NCBI GenBank assembly: GCA_048938295.1
Contig: JBHLMI010000004.1
Span: 1-32,000 of the forward strand
Direction: 5' to 3'
Source of the DNA: Promethearchaeota archaeon
GTDB taxonomy: Archaea; Asgardarchaeota; Hermodarchaeia; Hermodarchaeales; Hermodarchaeaceae
Length of the DNA: 32,000 bases
Below the pieces are notes generated by a model. That model was given only the letters and a program-made list of their open reading frames with translations. It was not told the origin of the DNA and ran no database searches. This document shows, piece after piece, positions 16,142-25,394 of this stretch. Position 1 is the stretch's first letter; the number at the start of each line of letters is the position of its first letter. Position numbers and translations under genes: made by a program.

Positions 16142-17080
16142 ATGCCCTCAGAACTTGAAAAAATCGAGGGCGTCGGACCCACCGTCGCCCAAAAACTCGA
16201 AGAATGCGGCTTCCGCACCATCGAAGGAATCGCCGCTGCCTCCGTCAAAGAACTCACCAGCCTAGCTGGTATTGGGGCTAGCACTGCTCAGAAAATCATT
16301 GAATCCGCCCAGCGGCTCGCTAGCATCGGACTTGAAACCGCAGATAAGCTTTGGAAGAAACGCCAAACTATCGAACGCATCACAACTAACAGCCGTGAAC
16401 TTGACGCTCTCCTCGGCGGAGGTATCGAAACGGGCAGCATGACCGAATTTGCTGGCGCATTCCGTTCTGGGAAAACCCAGCTATGCCACCAACTCGCTGT
16501 CAACGTCCAACTCCCCCCAGACCAAGGTGGATGTGACGCCACCGCAGCTTACATTGACACCGAAGGCACGTTCCGTCCCGAACGCATCATCAACATGGCC
16601 CAAGCCAAAAACATCCCCCCCAACCAAGCCCTCAAAAATATCATCGTCGGTCGCGCCTACAACAGCGACCACCAAATGCTCCTCGTCCAACAAATCCAAG
16701 ACAACCCCCAATTCGAAAAAGTCCGCCTCCTCATCGTCGACTCCCTCATCGGCCACTTCCGCGCCGAATACCTCGGCCGCGGCATGCTCGCCGAACGCCA
16801 ACAAAAACTCAACAAACACCTCCACGACCTCCTCCGCGTCGCCGAAATCAACAACATCGCCGTCATCACCAGCAACCAAGTCCACGCCCAACCCGACGTC
16901 TTCTTCGGTGCGCCTGACCGTCCGACCGGGGGCCATATTGTCGCACATGCTGCACAGACGCGGATTTACTTGCGTAAAAGCAAGGCAGAACGTCGGATTG
17001 CGACATTAATCGATTCACCCTACTTACCAGAAGGTGAAGCCCTCTTTACCATTACACCCCAGGGCATCGCTGATGCTTAA
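16142..17080 (+). CDS. radA: RadA/Rad51 recombinase (likely start ATG 16142)
   Basis: N-terminal HhH domain, [12 protein letters not shown], Walker [40 protein letters not shown]. Confidence 0.93.
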   Translation: MPSELEKIEGVGPTVAQKLEECGFRTIEGIAAASVKELTSLAGIGASTAQKIIESAQRLASIGLETADKLWKKRQTIERITTNSRELDALLGGGIETGSMTEFAGAFRSGKTQLCHQLAVNVQLPPDQGGCDATAAYIDTEGTFRPERIINMAQAKNIPPNQALKNIIVGRAYNSDHQMLLVQQIQDNPQFEKVRLLIVDSLIGHFRAEYLGRGMLAERQQKLNKHLHDLLRVAEINNIAVITSNQVHAQPDVFFGAPDRPTGGHIVAHAAQTRIYLRKSKAERRIATLIDSPYLPEGEALFTITPQGIADA

Positions 17081-17117
17081 TCTAAAAAAAATTCAAGCAA
17101 GTGATAGGCTGGATTTA

Positions 17118-17525
17118 CTAGATTCGGATGGTCATCCATCGAACACGTTTTGCCTTCACCAACTCCGCAATATTTCGTTCGTTCGTACTGAGTTGAGCGT
17201 TCCCTGTTTTGATGTCAAGAAGGACTACTTCAGTGGGATTGTTCCTGCTGTAGCCATCGAAGACAATGTAATCAACGGGCGCACCAATAAACCGAGCGTC
17301 AGCAGGCTCGAAAGGAAATGCAGCAAGTAGTGGAGCCATTTGTTCGCCGATCTTGCCTTTCAATACAGCACGACTTTTACTCAAGGCATCTTTGCGGATG
17401 CGGTCGGTTTCTTCTTGGATGCGTTTGCTGACACGGAGTTCGATTAGTCGTCTTTGATAGTAGATGTAGAGAATGAGACCAATGATGACGAGGATTAGAA
17501 TTCCGATGGTGAGTTCGAGGAGCAT
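17118..17525 (-). CDS. Holliday-junction-resolvase-like endonuclease (Endonuc_Holl type) with N-terminal TM
   Basis: SRAVLKGKIGEQMAP...RFIGAPVDYIVFDG...DIKTG; ATG 17525 has SD GAGGTGG. Confidence 0.85.
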   Translation of the reverse strand: MLLELTIGILILVIIGLILYIYYQRRLIELRVSKRIQEETDRIRKDALSKSRAVLKGKIGEQMAPLLAAFPFEPADARFIGAPVDYIVFDGYSRNNPTEVVLLDIKTGNAQLSTNERNIAELVKAKRVRWMTIRI

Positions 17526-17605
17526 GCTTCCACCTCTCTGGTGAAAGGGTATTCCCAGCGGGATTGATATACTCCACGAAAGGTGCTTCAGAGAGGGTTC
17601 CAAGG

Positions 17606-18814
17606 CTAGTCGAGAAGGCGTTTTTCGCCTTCAAGCGCGCGAATGTCAGTGACGTCTTGTGTGACTTCTAGACACCCGATATACTCATTCTTGCTGTCAT
17701 GAACTGCAAAGTATCGGATGTAGATGAGACGATCTTTTAGGTTAATCCAGAATGCAGCAGTCTCCCGTTTACCTGCACGGAAGTCGTCAAGGATCTGTTG
17801 AACTTTGTGGAGGCTCTTTTTGGGGTGACAGGCTTGGACAGTACGTCCGATGACGGCATTGGTTCGAACGAAGATTCGTCTTCCAGATTCACTATAGAAT
17901 TGGACTTTATCGTCTTTATCAACGAAGGTGATGTCGACTGGCAAAGTATTGAAAATGCCTTGAAGAACCTCATGTGACAAGGTTCCAGTTTCAAATTGAA
18001 GCAGTTTCTCCATGATTTTACTAACCTCAGGTTTTTTTAGTTGAGGTGTTTCGACGAGGAAAGGTTTGGGAGTGAAAAAGCTATAACCAATTTCATCAAA
18101 TTCTTGACGAATCTGAGACCACTCCTCAGCAGCAATGACCCGGAGACCAGATGGAAACAGGATGTTGTTTTCCTTTTGAAAATGACTGGCGAGCTTCTCA
18201 GCAAGTTCTAAGGAAATATTATCGAGTTGAGAAACGAATTTACGGTGATCGGTCTTGTCAGGTGACTCGATAAGAGCATAGAGTTGTTTTTCGATAGCGC
18301 GAATTTCGTCGTGTTCAGCCCACATGATTTTCGGAGGCTGGGTGATTCCATGTTTCTCAAGGTAGGGAAAGAGAACGTTCTCCTCTCTGAGATAGTGGTT
18401 TTCGGATTCACGGAATCGTGATACTTTTTTCTTCAGTGAGTCCCATTGTGGTTTCGCCTCATCATGAGTGTCAAATCCGAAAAGTTGTTTCGTAAGTTCT
18501 TGTACCGAGAAGGCATTCTTTAACAAAAGATTATGTTCTTCCATGAGAATCCAGATCGGATGAGAGGTGTCTAGATCGAGGTGAGTTGATTTTAAAGCGT
18601 CTTGGAATGCAGCGAGATGAACATCACATAATGCACGAATTTCTTCTGCGGGCATTCCTTCCTTGATGAGTTCTTCTTCAATTTGAGCTATTTCCAGAGG
18701 GCTGCAACTGGCGAGTAGATCGCCAAACTTGGATTTCATCTGTTCAACATTAGCCCCATCATGCAATGCCTTGATGATTCCTTTAAGAGTCTCTTTACGT
18801 CGATCCTTGGTCAT
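17606..18814 (-). CDS. DUF438 + hemerythrin + PAS domain protein
   Basis: IIKALHDG...LCDVHL; HYLREENVLFP, HFQKENNILFP; LPVDITFVD...CHPKKS. Confidence 0.9.
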   Translation of the reverse strand: MTKDRRKETLKGIIKALHDGANVEQMKSKFGDLLASCSPLEIAQIEEELIKEGMPAEEIRALCDVHLAAFQDALKSTHLDLDTSHPIWILMEEHNLLLKNAFSVQELTKQLFGFDTHDEAKPQWDSLKKKVSRFRESENHYLREENVLFPYLEKHGITQPPKIMWAEHDEIRAIEKQLYALIESPDKTDHRKFVSQLDNISLELAEKLASHFQKENNILFPSGLRVIAAEEWSQIRQEFDEIGYSFFTPKPFLVETPQLKKPEVSKIMEKLLQFETGTLSHEVLQGIFNTLPVDITFVDKDDKVQFYSESGRRIFVRTNAVIGRTVQACHPKKSLHKVQQILDDFRAGKRETAAFWINLKDRLIYIRYFAVHDSKNEYIGCLEVTQDVTDIRALEGEKRLLD

Positions 18815-18904
18815 GTTATTTCATCCAATCAAACTATCTAGCGGTTAACTTTGCATGAAGTTGAATTCTAAAGACACTTCCGTTTTATAATACCTGCGGA
18901 AATC

Positions 18905-19567
18905 TTAGGGAGGCTTGAGGGAAACGCCACATTTGTGACAGTATTGAGATGTGGCATCGATTGTTTTGGCTCCACAGTTCCAGCAGAATCTAATCGTGAC
19001 ATCATTGTCAGTACTTGGAGGGGGAACAGTGGGCTGTGGTGTAAAATCCGTCTCGACAGGAGGGGGAGAGAAGAGGGGTTGCTGTGCTTCGACTTGCATG
19101 ATGGTGTCATGGATTACAGAGGAGATTTTACGTTGTCCGGTCCCATGTTCTGGACACCGGATATCTAGCAGTTTGAAGCTTCCTGAGGTTTTGGTACTTT
19201 CAAGGGTGACTGGAGTGCCACACTTGAGGCACCGCATTAAGTTCTGTTTGATGACAGGGGCGTAGGCAGGGAGGTTTTCAAAGAAGAAAGAATATTCTCC
19301 CTCACCTGGGTGATCGGGGCAGACGAGCTCGAGTTTCACTAATCCTTCATTACGCATCTTCGCTTGAGCTTCAGCAAGCTGGTTATGAATTTCTCGTTGG
19401 AACTCATCAGGATCTGTTTGTGAGAGTTTGCGGTGTTCTTTTTCAAGAGCTTCACTGGCGGTTCGTTCCATGAAGCTAAGTTGGGTTTTTCGAATCACTG
19501 CCTTGATGGCGCGTGGATTTCCGCCCTTCGGGCACGCAATTTCTTTCACGATGGTTTCTACGGACAT
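18905..19567 (-). CDS. Multi Zn-finger protein with C-terminal double zinc ribbon
   Basis: CPKG, CPDH, CLKC, CPEH, CWNC and CHKC motifs; Pro-rich linker. Confidence 0.8.
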   Translation of the reverse strand: MSVETIVKEIACPKGGNPRAIKAVIRKTQLSFMERTASEALEKEHRKLSQTDPDEFQREIHNQLAEAQAKMRNEGLVKLELVCPDHPGEGEYSFFFENLPAYAPVIKQNLMRCLKCGTPVTLESTKTSGSFKLLDIRCPEHGTGQRKISSVIHDTIMQVEAQQPLFSPPPVETDFTPQPTVPPPSTDNDVTIRFCWNCGAKTIDATSQYCHKCGVSLKPP

Positions 19568-19641
19568 AGCAAAGTAACCTGAATACCTCTATTGATTGAT
19601 TTAGGCTATAAAAGCCGTGGGTGTCCTGCTGATTGAACCTG

Positions 19642-20841
19642 TTAGGTTTGTCGCCGTCGAATCAGGACAACTGCTACTACACCAACAACCACGGTAGCAG
19701 ATATGGCTGTGACACCGAGTATCAAAGGCAGTAACTGTGGTTGATATTGTGCTGCGGGGATGATATAGTCTTCAACAAGATGCATTGGGTTAAACTCTGA
19801 ACTTCGGGCAGTGAAGACGACGACCATATCCTGGTCTGGAATGACGTAGATGTGTTGGTTCAAGTGGCCATGTGCGGCAAAGGATCCGATGTTGGGGTGG
19901 ATCCACCATTGGTAGCCGTATTCAGTTTGACTATCTACAGTGGCATGGCCAATTGAGGAAGCAGCTACCCAGGAAGCAGATACGATTTGTTCTCCATCCC
20001 AGGTGCCGTTATGGAGGTAGAGGAAGCCAAACTTAGCCATGTCTCGGGCTCGAAGTTGGAGGGCTGAGCCACCATTGACATTGCCTTGTGGATCTCGGGA
20101 CCAATAGTAATCCGTGATGCCAAGGGGTGCAAACAAATTTTCCTCAGCAAAGTCCTGTGTGGACACGCCGGTTGTTTCATGAACAATGGCTGAGAGGAGA
20201 TGTGAACCGCCGGTGTTATAGACCCAATGTGAACCGGGTGTATAAGCCATAGGTCGATTAATGACGAATTCCACCCAGTTGAGACTTGTCGTCATGCGAT
20301 CCCAGTCATTGTTTGGATTTCCATAAGGGTAGGTCCATTCATCCCAAGGAAGGCCAGAAGTCATTGTCAATAGGTGTTCAACGGTAATCGCTTCTTTTCG
20401 GCTGTCCAGGTTTTCAATGGTGAGATGAGAAAAGATATCCACAAGTCGATCGTCAAGATTTAGATAGCCTTGATCGATTGCGATGCCGATGAGAGCTGAG
20501 CTTATACTCTTGGTGCAGGAATAGATGTTGCTGGTTATGTTTACACGGTCTGGGAGCTCCATGTAGTTTTCATAGATAAGATAGCCGTGGCGGACAATGA
20601 GGATGGACCGTAAGGTGAAGCTCCATAGTTGACCATCAAGGTATTGTTCCATTTGCCGCAGCACGATAGAATTTACGCCCTGAGACTCTGGAGTCGCCGA
20701 TAACCAGTCCTCAGTGGGCCAATAGTCAGGAACAGTTGATTGGGCTTTCGCAGGTACCATTTCAGGAACGATGAAGAGTGAAATAAGAAGAAGCAGGAGA
20801 AGTGATCCCATCACAAATCGTTCGAGCTTCATTGCTATCAT
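19642..20841 (-). CDS. Beta-lactamase-fold (class C/NylB-like) serine hydrolase, secreted and membrane-anchored
   Basis: SCTK (SxxK), HLLTMTSG, WVYN, YGYQWW; signal peptide and C-terminal TM plus RRR. Confidence 0.9.
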   Translation of the reverse strand: MIAMKLERFVMGSLLLLLLISLFIVPEMVPAKAQSTVPDYWPTEDWLSATPESQGVNSIVLRQMEQYLDGQLWSFTLRSILIVRHGYLIYENYMELPDRVNITSNIYSCTKSISSALIGIAIDQGYLNLDDRLVDIFSHLTIENLDSRKEAITVEHLLTMTSGLPWDEWTYPYGNPNNDWDRMTTSLNWVEFVINRPMAYTPGSHWVYNTGGSHLLSAIVHETTGVSTQDFAEENLFAPLGITDYYWSRDPQGNVNGGSALQLRARDMAKFGFLYLHNGTWDGEQIVSASWVAASSIGHATVDSQTEYGYQWWIHPNIGSFAAHGHLNQHIYVIPDQDMVVVFTARSSEFNPMHLVEDYIIPAAQYQPQLLPLILGVTAISATVVVGVVAVVLIRRRQT

Positions 20842-20972
20842 CCATAGTTTTGAGGGTCAATCCTCAGTGATAAAGTTAGAGATAGTAACTGGTTGGGAAA
20901 ATAACAAGAAATCCATTAGCTGATACCCATTTCCGCAATCATCGGTTCGGAAAGCCGAATGGGTTCACCAAA

Positions 20973-21713
20973 TTAGAGGTAGACGATCTGAGTGGGTTTC
21001 TGGCCAAATAGGAGCATGTATCGGCTATTGGCAGGGATTGGTCCCTGAGCGAGATCCTCTTCCAATCGAGTAAGTCCAGCCTGGAAATCTCCTGGAGAGA
21101 TGAAATGTAAACAGGAAAACGCCTTGTTCCTATACGCTTCAATGTCTGTCAGCTCATACGAGAATTCTGCCTGTATCTGTTTGATGTTGCGAAAACCAGC
21201 GTCTTCCATGCGTTTCCGGAGAACGAGGAGTGATGGGTATCGTTCGAGGTCAATTGTGATTGTGTCGGGAAAATAGAAGGCAAGCGGGCGACGAGTTCGA
21301 ATAATTTCTTCTGAATCAGTGACTGTACAAATACGTCCTCCTGGTTTTAGTATTCTAAAAACTTCAGAAAAATATGGAATAATATCTTTGAGGTGGTGGA
21401 TTAAATCGACAGAGAATACAAAATCGAAGAATGCGCCCTCGAATTGAAGGGAAGAAGCGAGCCCCTGGCTAAAGACAATATCAGGAGACTGCTGCCGGGC
21501 TTGAGTAAGCATTTGTTCAGATGCATCGACTCCCCATGCCTTTGCAGCTGTTGCAGTGTGGAAGGCATGGATGTAATTGCCTGTTCCACATCCAACTTCA
21601 AGGACATTTGAGTCATGCTGAACTTCGCTAATGGCAATGAGTTGTTTCAAAACCTCAGGATGCACCTGACGATGGCGCTGATATTCCTGAGCAAATTCAT
21701 CGTAGTTGACCAT
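20973..21713 (-). CDS. Class I SAM-dependent methyltransferase
   Basis: VLEVGCGTG, GVDAS, FDFV, RILKPGG. Confidence 0.9.
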   Translation of the reverse strand: MVNYDEFAQEYQRHRQVHPEVLKQLIAISEVQHDSNVLEVGCGTGNYIHAFHTATAAKAWGVDASEQMLTQARQQSPDIVFSQGLASSLQFEGAFFDFVFSVDLIHHLKDIIPYFSEVFRILKPGGRICTVTDSEEIIRTRRPLAFYFPDTITIDLERYPSLLVLRKRMEDAGFRNIKQIQAEFSYELTDIEAYRNKAFSCLHFISPGDFQAGLTRLEEDLAQGPIPANSRYMLLFGQKPTQIVYL

Positions 21714-21847
21714 CGAAGTTCAGATAGTAAAGGTTCTTGGCTTCTATTTGGAGTTTTGGTCAAAGTATCTAGTATGATGGAAAGTATGTTCAATTGAAAA
21801 GACTTAATCCCCTCTTGTTGCTGCTGAAATCCGAGGAAGAATAGCAG

Positions 21848-22009
21848 ATGACGTTTGAGAAAAGTGAGTCTGATGAGTTCATAATGTATGAGGAAGAACC
21901 GTCAAGGCGTAGAAAAGCAATCGGCTGCTGTGCGATTCTAATAATCATTATTTTCTTCGTTGCGCTGCTAGTCGGTTACACACCCTGGTTTCGACCCTTC
22001 TATCCTTAG
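21848..22009 (+). CDS. 53-aa single-pass membrane micro-protein
   Basis: MTFEKSESDEFIMYEEEPSRRRKAIGCCAILIIIIFFVALLVGYTPWFRPFYP; SD GAGGA; acidic, then basic, then TM organisation. Confidence 0.7.
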   Translation: MTFEKSESDEFIMYEEEPSRRRKAIGCCAILIIIIFFVALLVGYTPWFRPFYP

Positions 22010-22058
22010 CCAGCGACTCCTGACCTATTGACAGTGTATATAACAAGAATGGAAGTGG

Positions 22059-22210
22059 AACGGCTCCCAGGACACCCGAGTTGGACCAAGAGGTCAGGGA
22101 TTGGAGCTTTTCGGTCCAGAGATCCAAGGTTTTCCAATGCTTGGGGCCTACTGCTGGTGGACAACGGATTTTCGGAAAGCCGGAAATTCGGATGTCCGAT
22201 GGGAGCCGTT
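22059..22210 (+). ncRNA. Candidate structured non-coding RNA (strand uncertain)
   Basis: ~23-bp closing helix between the two ends, three internal hairpins, TATA-like GTATATAA at 22036-22043; no credible protein ORF. Confidence 0.55.
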
Positions 22211-22217
22211 GGAGGAG

Positions 22218-23435
22218 TCATGTTGAGGGGGATAGCTTGTGTCTCCGCCAATACAGGAGATACACACTGACCGCAGAGACGGTGACGAGGATGGCTATTG
22301 CACCAATGATTGCCGCAGTGATCAGGTTTCCATCAGGGGGTGGGCCTCTACTTACGGAATATCCTGCTGCAGGTAAGATGTAGTTTTCAAGGAGGACATC
22401 ATCTTGAAGGGAGTTTGTCTGTGCGGTAAAGACCACGACCATACTCACCCTAGGGAAAACGTAGATGAGTTGTCCCAGGTAACCACGGGCAGAGTATGAT
22501 TCAATGAGAGGAGAGGTCCACCATTGATAGCCATAACCTGTGTCAGCACTCAGCGTCATATGGCTAGCGGTGGCGGTGGCAACCCAGCTCTCAGGCACAA
22601 GTTGTACGCCATCCCATGTGCCATTATTCAGGAAGAGGAAGCCCAATTTAGCCATATCGCGGGGTGTTAACCGGAGATTGGCACCACCAAACGCATTGCC
22701 GTCGGGGTCTTCACCCCAGTCATAATGGGTGATTCCCAGGGGGGTGAAGAGCTTGTCTTCTGCATACTCTTGGGTGTACTGCCCTGTGGAGATATTGACG
22801 ATGGTTGAGAGGAGATGAGAAGCACCTGAATTGTAATTCCATACTTCACCCGGTTCATGGGCCATGGGTGTGTCAAGGACATATTGCACCCAATCTGTAC
22901 TGCTTGTCATTTGAGTGTAGGGATCTATAGCATGATACCCGACCTCTGGCCAGTCAAATCCCGCTGTCATTGTAAGGAGATCTTCAATGGTCATTGCCTC
23001 TTTTCGGGCATCCACATTTGCAATCGTTCGATCCGTGAAGTAATCAAGGACTAGTTCATCAAGACTACTGATATAACCTTCAGAAAAGGCGATTCCCACA
23101 AGGGTTGAAGTGAAGCTCTTAGTGCAAGAGAAGATATTTCGCCGAGTTGTTTCACCGGATGAACCATAATAGGATTCATGGACAATATAGCCATTCTTGA
23201 CGACAACTGTGGACACCATGGCAAACCCCCAATCAATCGATTCAATGTAATCATCCATGGCAGCCAGATATGCTGAATCCATACCCTGAACTTCTGGCGT
23301 TGAAGTTTGCCATCCAGTGGTGGGCCAATAATCGGGAACCCAAGCCGTCTGAGATTGCCCTCCACTGACCGGTATGATGACCATGAAGAGCAGCAGAAGA
23401 GGGATACAGAGGAGGCTTGAGCGTTTCAGTATCAT
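22218..23435 (-). CDS. Beta-lactamase-fold serine hydrolase, paralog of 19642-20841
   Basis: PDYWPT, SCTK, LLTMTAG, WNYN, YGYQWW; signal peptide and C-terminal TM. Confidence 0.9.
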   Translation of the reverse strand: MILKRSSLLCIPLLLLFMVIIPVSGGQSQTAWVPDYWPTTGWQTSTPEVQGMDSAYLAAMDDYIESIDWGFAMVSTVVVKNGYIVHESYYGSSGETTRRNIFSCTKSFTSTLVGIAFSEGYISSLDELVLDYFTDRTIANVDARKEAMTIEDLLTMTAGFDWPEVGYHAIDPYTQMTSSTDWVQYVLDTPMAHEPGEVWNYNSGASHLLSTIVNISTGQYTQEYAEDKLFTPLGITHYDWGEDPDGNAFGGANLRLTPRDMAKLGFLFLNNGTWDGVQLVPESWVATATASHMTLSADTGYGYQWWTSPLIESYSARGYLGQLIYVFPRVSMVVVFTAQTNSLQDDVLLENYILPAAGYSVSRGPPPDGNLITAAIIGAIAILVTVSAVSVYLLYWRRHKLSPST

Positions 23436-23615
23436 CGAATCTCTTCCTGACCTGAGTAAGCTGAGAGCCTCTGATTAGTTCAGGGATTAATACTCGTGGA
23501 AACCGGCAGGTTCGAAAAGTGTACCTCAATTCCCAGAGTTCAACAAGAAAGCGAACTGCGAGGTTCAAATATCCTCGAACAGGGTATTATTCTACTATCT
23601 GAGATGAGTCGTGGA

Positions 23616-24689
23616 TTAACTATATCCAGCTTTTTCGAGTAGTTCATCCAGGCATATTTCACGTAGCCCCTTGAAATGGCGTTGGGGATACAAGACAAGA
23701 GTTTCAACAGATTCAATCAGTGGGCCTTGTTTGAGGGATTGATGGATTTTTTCAAAGGTACCAACAGTCTCAACGTTGAAGGTGCTGAAGACCATTGGTT
23801 CAGATGCCGAGGCATAAGAGTACCAATGAGCCACAGGATATTCTTTGCGTAGCCAGGAATCGACATCGACGGGATTACCTTGGTCTTCATCGTAAGTGAG
23901 GCGAACAGCATATGAGATACTGCCTCCAGCGTTTAGGTTCCAGATGCTTCGGAAATGAACGGGCTCAGATGAGGCGCGTTCGTTAGGAGGTAGATTGTCT
24001 CGAACGACGAAAGCTCGGGTCGTTGCAGAATTCCCTCCTAACTGGTCTAATACACGACGAATGGTCCGGGCTGTTAATCCGGTACGTTTTGCCAATTCTA
24101 CAATGGACATACGAGCGTCTATTCGAAGTTCATTTAATATCTTCATTTGAAGATCTGAAAAATTGACCTTGCCACCCTTATCCGTTAGAAGAGTGTGAAT
24201 TTCGACATTTGTCACGCCCTCTTGTTTTCGGAGAAATCGGCTTAGTTCCCCTAGGCCTTGAGCGGTTATGTATTCTCCGAATGCCATTATCCCGCCATTG
24301 GAAAGTGAGGCGGTCCGATGAATCATGGGATTGTTTCCGATGGTGTTGATTAAGTGTTCATCGTCTTGACTGCCGTCTGTATTAATGAAGGCGACAATCA
24401 TCTCTGCATCAATCATGCTCAAGCTTAGCCAGACGGAGAATGCCTTGAGTACTCCAGACTCTCTGAGTTTTGTCACTCGTTTTTTGATAGCGTTGGCGCT
24501 GATGTTGAATTGTCGTGCTAGAGTTTCATAGGATGTGCGACAGTTGCCATCCAAGGCATAGAAGATGCCTTTGTCAATTAGGTCCAATGAAGACACCACG
24601 CAGCAGGGGAGAGCACCCATTCGAGTAGGGGAGATAGCTAATCCGTTGAGTTCCAGCTTTTCAACGAAGGCTCTACTCGTAAGCAGCAT
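23616..24689 (-). CDS. Lrp/AsnC-family regulator with two tandem HTH+RAM units (start uncertain)
   Basis: IDKGIFYALDGNCRTSYETLARQFNISANAIKKRVTKL and LQMKILNELRIDARMSIVELAKRTGLTARTIRR. Confidence 0.85.
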   Translation of the reverse strand: MLLTSRAFVEKLELNGLAISPTRMGALPCCVVSSLDLIDKGIFYALDGNCRTSYETLARQFNISANAIKKRVTKLRESGVLKAFSVWLSLSMIDAEMIVAFINTDGSQDDEHLINTIGNNPMIHRTASLSNGGIMAFGEYITAQGLGELSRFLRKQEGVTNVEIHTLLTDKGGKVNFSDLQMKILNELRIDARMSIVELAKRTGLTARTIRRVLDQLGGNSATTRAFVVRDNLPPNERASSEPVHFRSIWNLNAGGSISYAVRLTYDEDQGNPVDVDSWLRKEYPVAHWYSYASASEPMVFSTFNVETVGTFEKIHQSLKQGPLIESVETLVLYPQRHFKGLREICLDELLEKAGYS

Positions 24690-24748
24690 TTGTTCGAAAC
24701 TTCTTGCATTTAAAGTAAATCATATCTGCACAAACGGGCAAATACTGC

Positions 24749-25171
24749 TTAGGGCGGAAGGAGTCTGTCGAAAAGTTCACGATCAGGAAGCTTGGAAAAT
24801 GTACAAGAGGCGGTCCATAAACAATCGTGTTTGATAACATCCAAAGAAAATCCAGATTGGTGCAATGAATAAAGATATTGAAGATGGGTAATCATTTGCC
24901 CTAACATTTCACCCAGTTTCTCATTTTGTGTTTTCCCCTCGGTCTTTGAAAGGGAAGTCAGGTCATCATCAGAGTAGGAACCCGGTAGCCACACCTCAAC
25001 TTCAAGCGTCACGTTTTCAGGATCAGCTGTAGTCCGAATTAATAGGATTCGTAACGAAGAACTTTGATAAAGCGTTTCCACCGATTCTCCTGATTCGTTT
25101 TCTAATGAAGGAACAGCCATGGGCTTGGTGGAGAGTTGATGGTATTTTTTCATCAATTCTTCGGCATTCAT
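24749..25171 (-). CDS. Hypothetical protein
   Basis: 140-aa globular-looking ORF with ATG start; no recognised motif. Confidence 0.7.
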   Translation of the reverse strand: MNAEELMKKYHQLSTKPMAVPSLENESGESVETLYQSSSLRILLIRTTADPENVTLEVEVWLPGSYSDDDLTSLSKTEGKTQNEKLGEMLGQMITHLQYLYSLHQSGFSLDVIKHDCLWTASCTFSKLPDRELFDRLLPP

Positions 25172-25394
25172 TTTTCATTCCTAAATTAACCGCACTGTAG
25201 TGCGTTATTTATTCATGGCAACCAAAGGGTTCGGAAAAGACCCAAGTGAGTGCAAGCGAATGAAAAATTAGGATTCGCGCGGTTCAGATTTTCTATTCTT
25301 AACGCGTTGCATTGTCAAGCATGTACCAATACCTGAACTTTTAAGGAGATGCATATCGAAAGGCAGAGTAGTAAGCCAGGATGGGTTCAAATCG

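Noticed and set aside
16449-17009. Overlapping ORFs 16449-17009 (+) and 16481-16948 (-) in radA
   Set aside because: By-products of the extreme C/A third-position bias, which removes stops in alternative frames; low-complexity translations.
22006-22383. Tracked ORFs 22006-22251, 22028-22270 and 22081-22383
   Set aside because: Mutually overlapping with no protein features; the region is better explained by RNA structure.
23501-23580. T-loop-like GGTTCGAA and CGAGG-TTCAAATAT-CCTCG
   Set aside because: No acceptor stem, D arm or anticodon arm; not a tRNA. Could be regulator sites but the evidence is weak.
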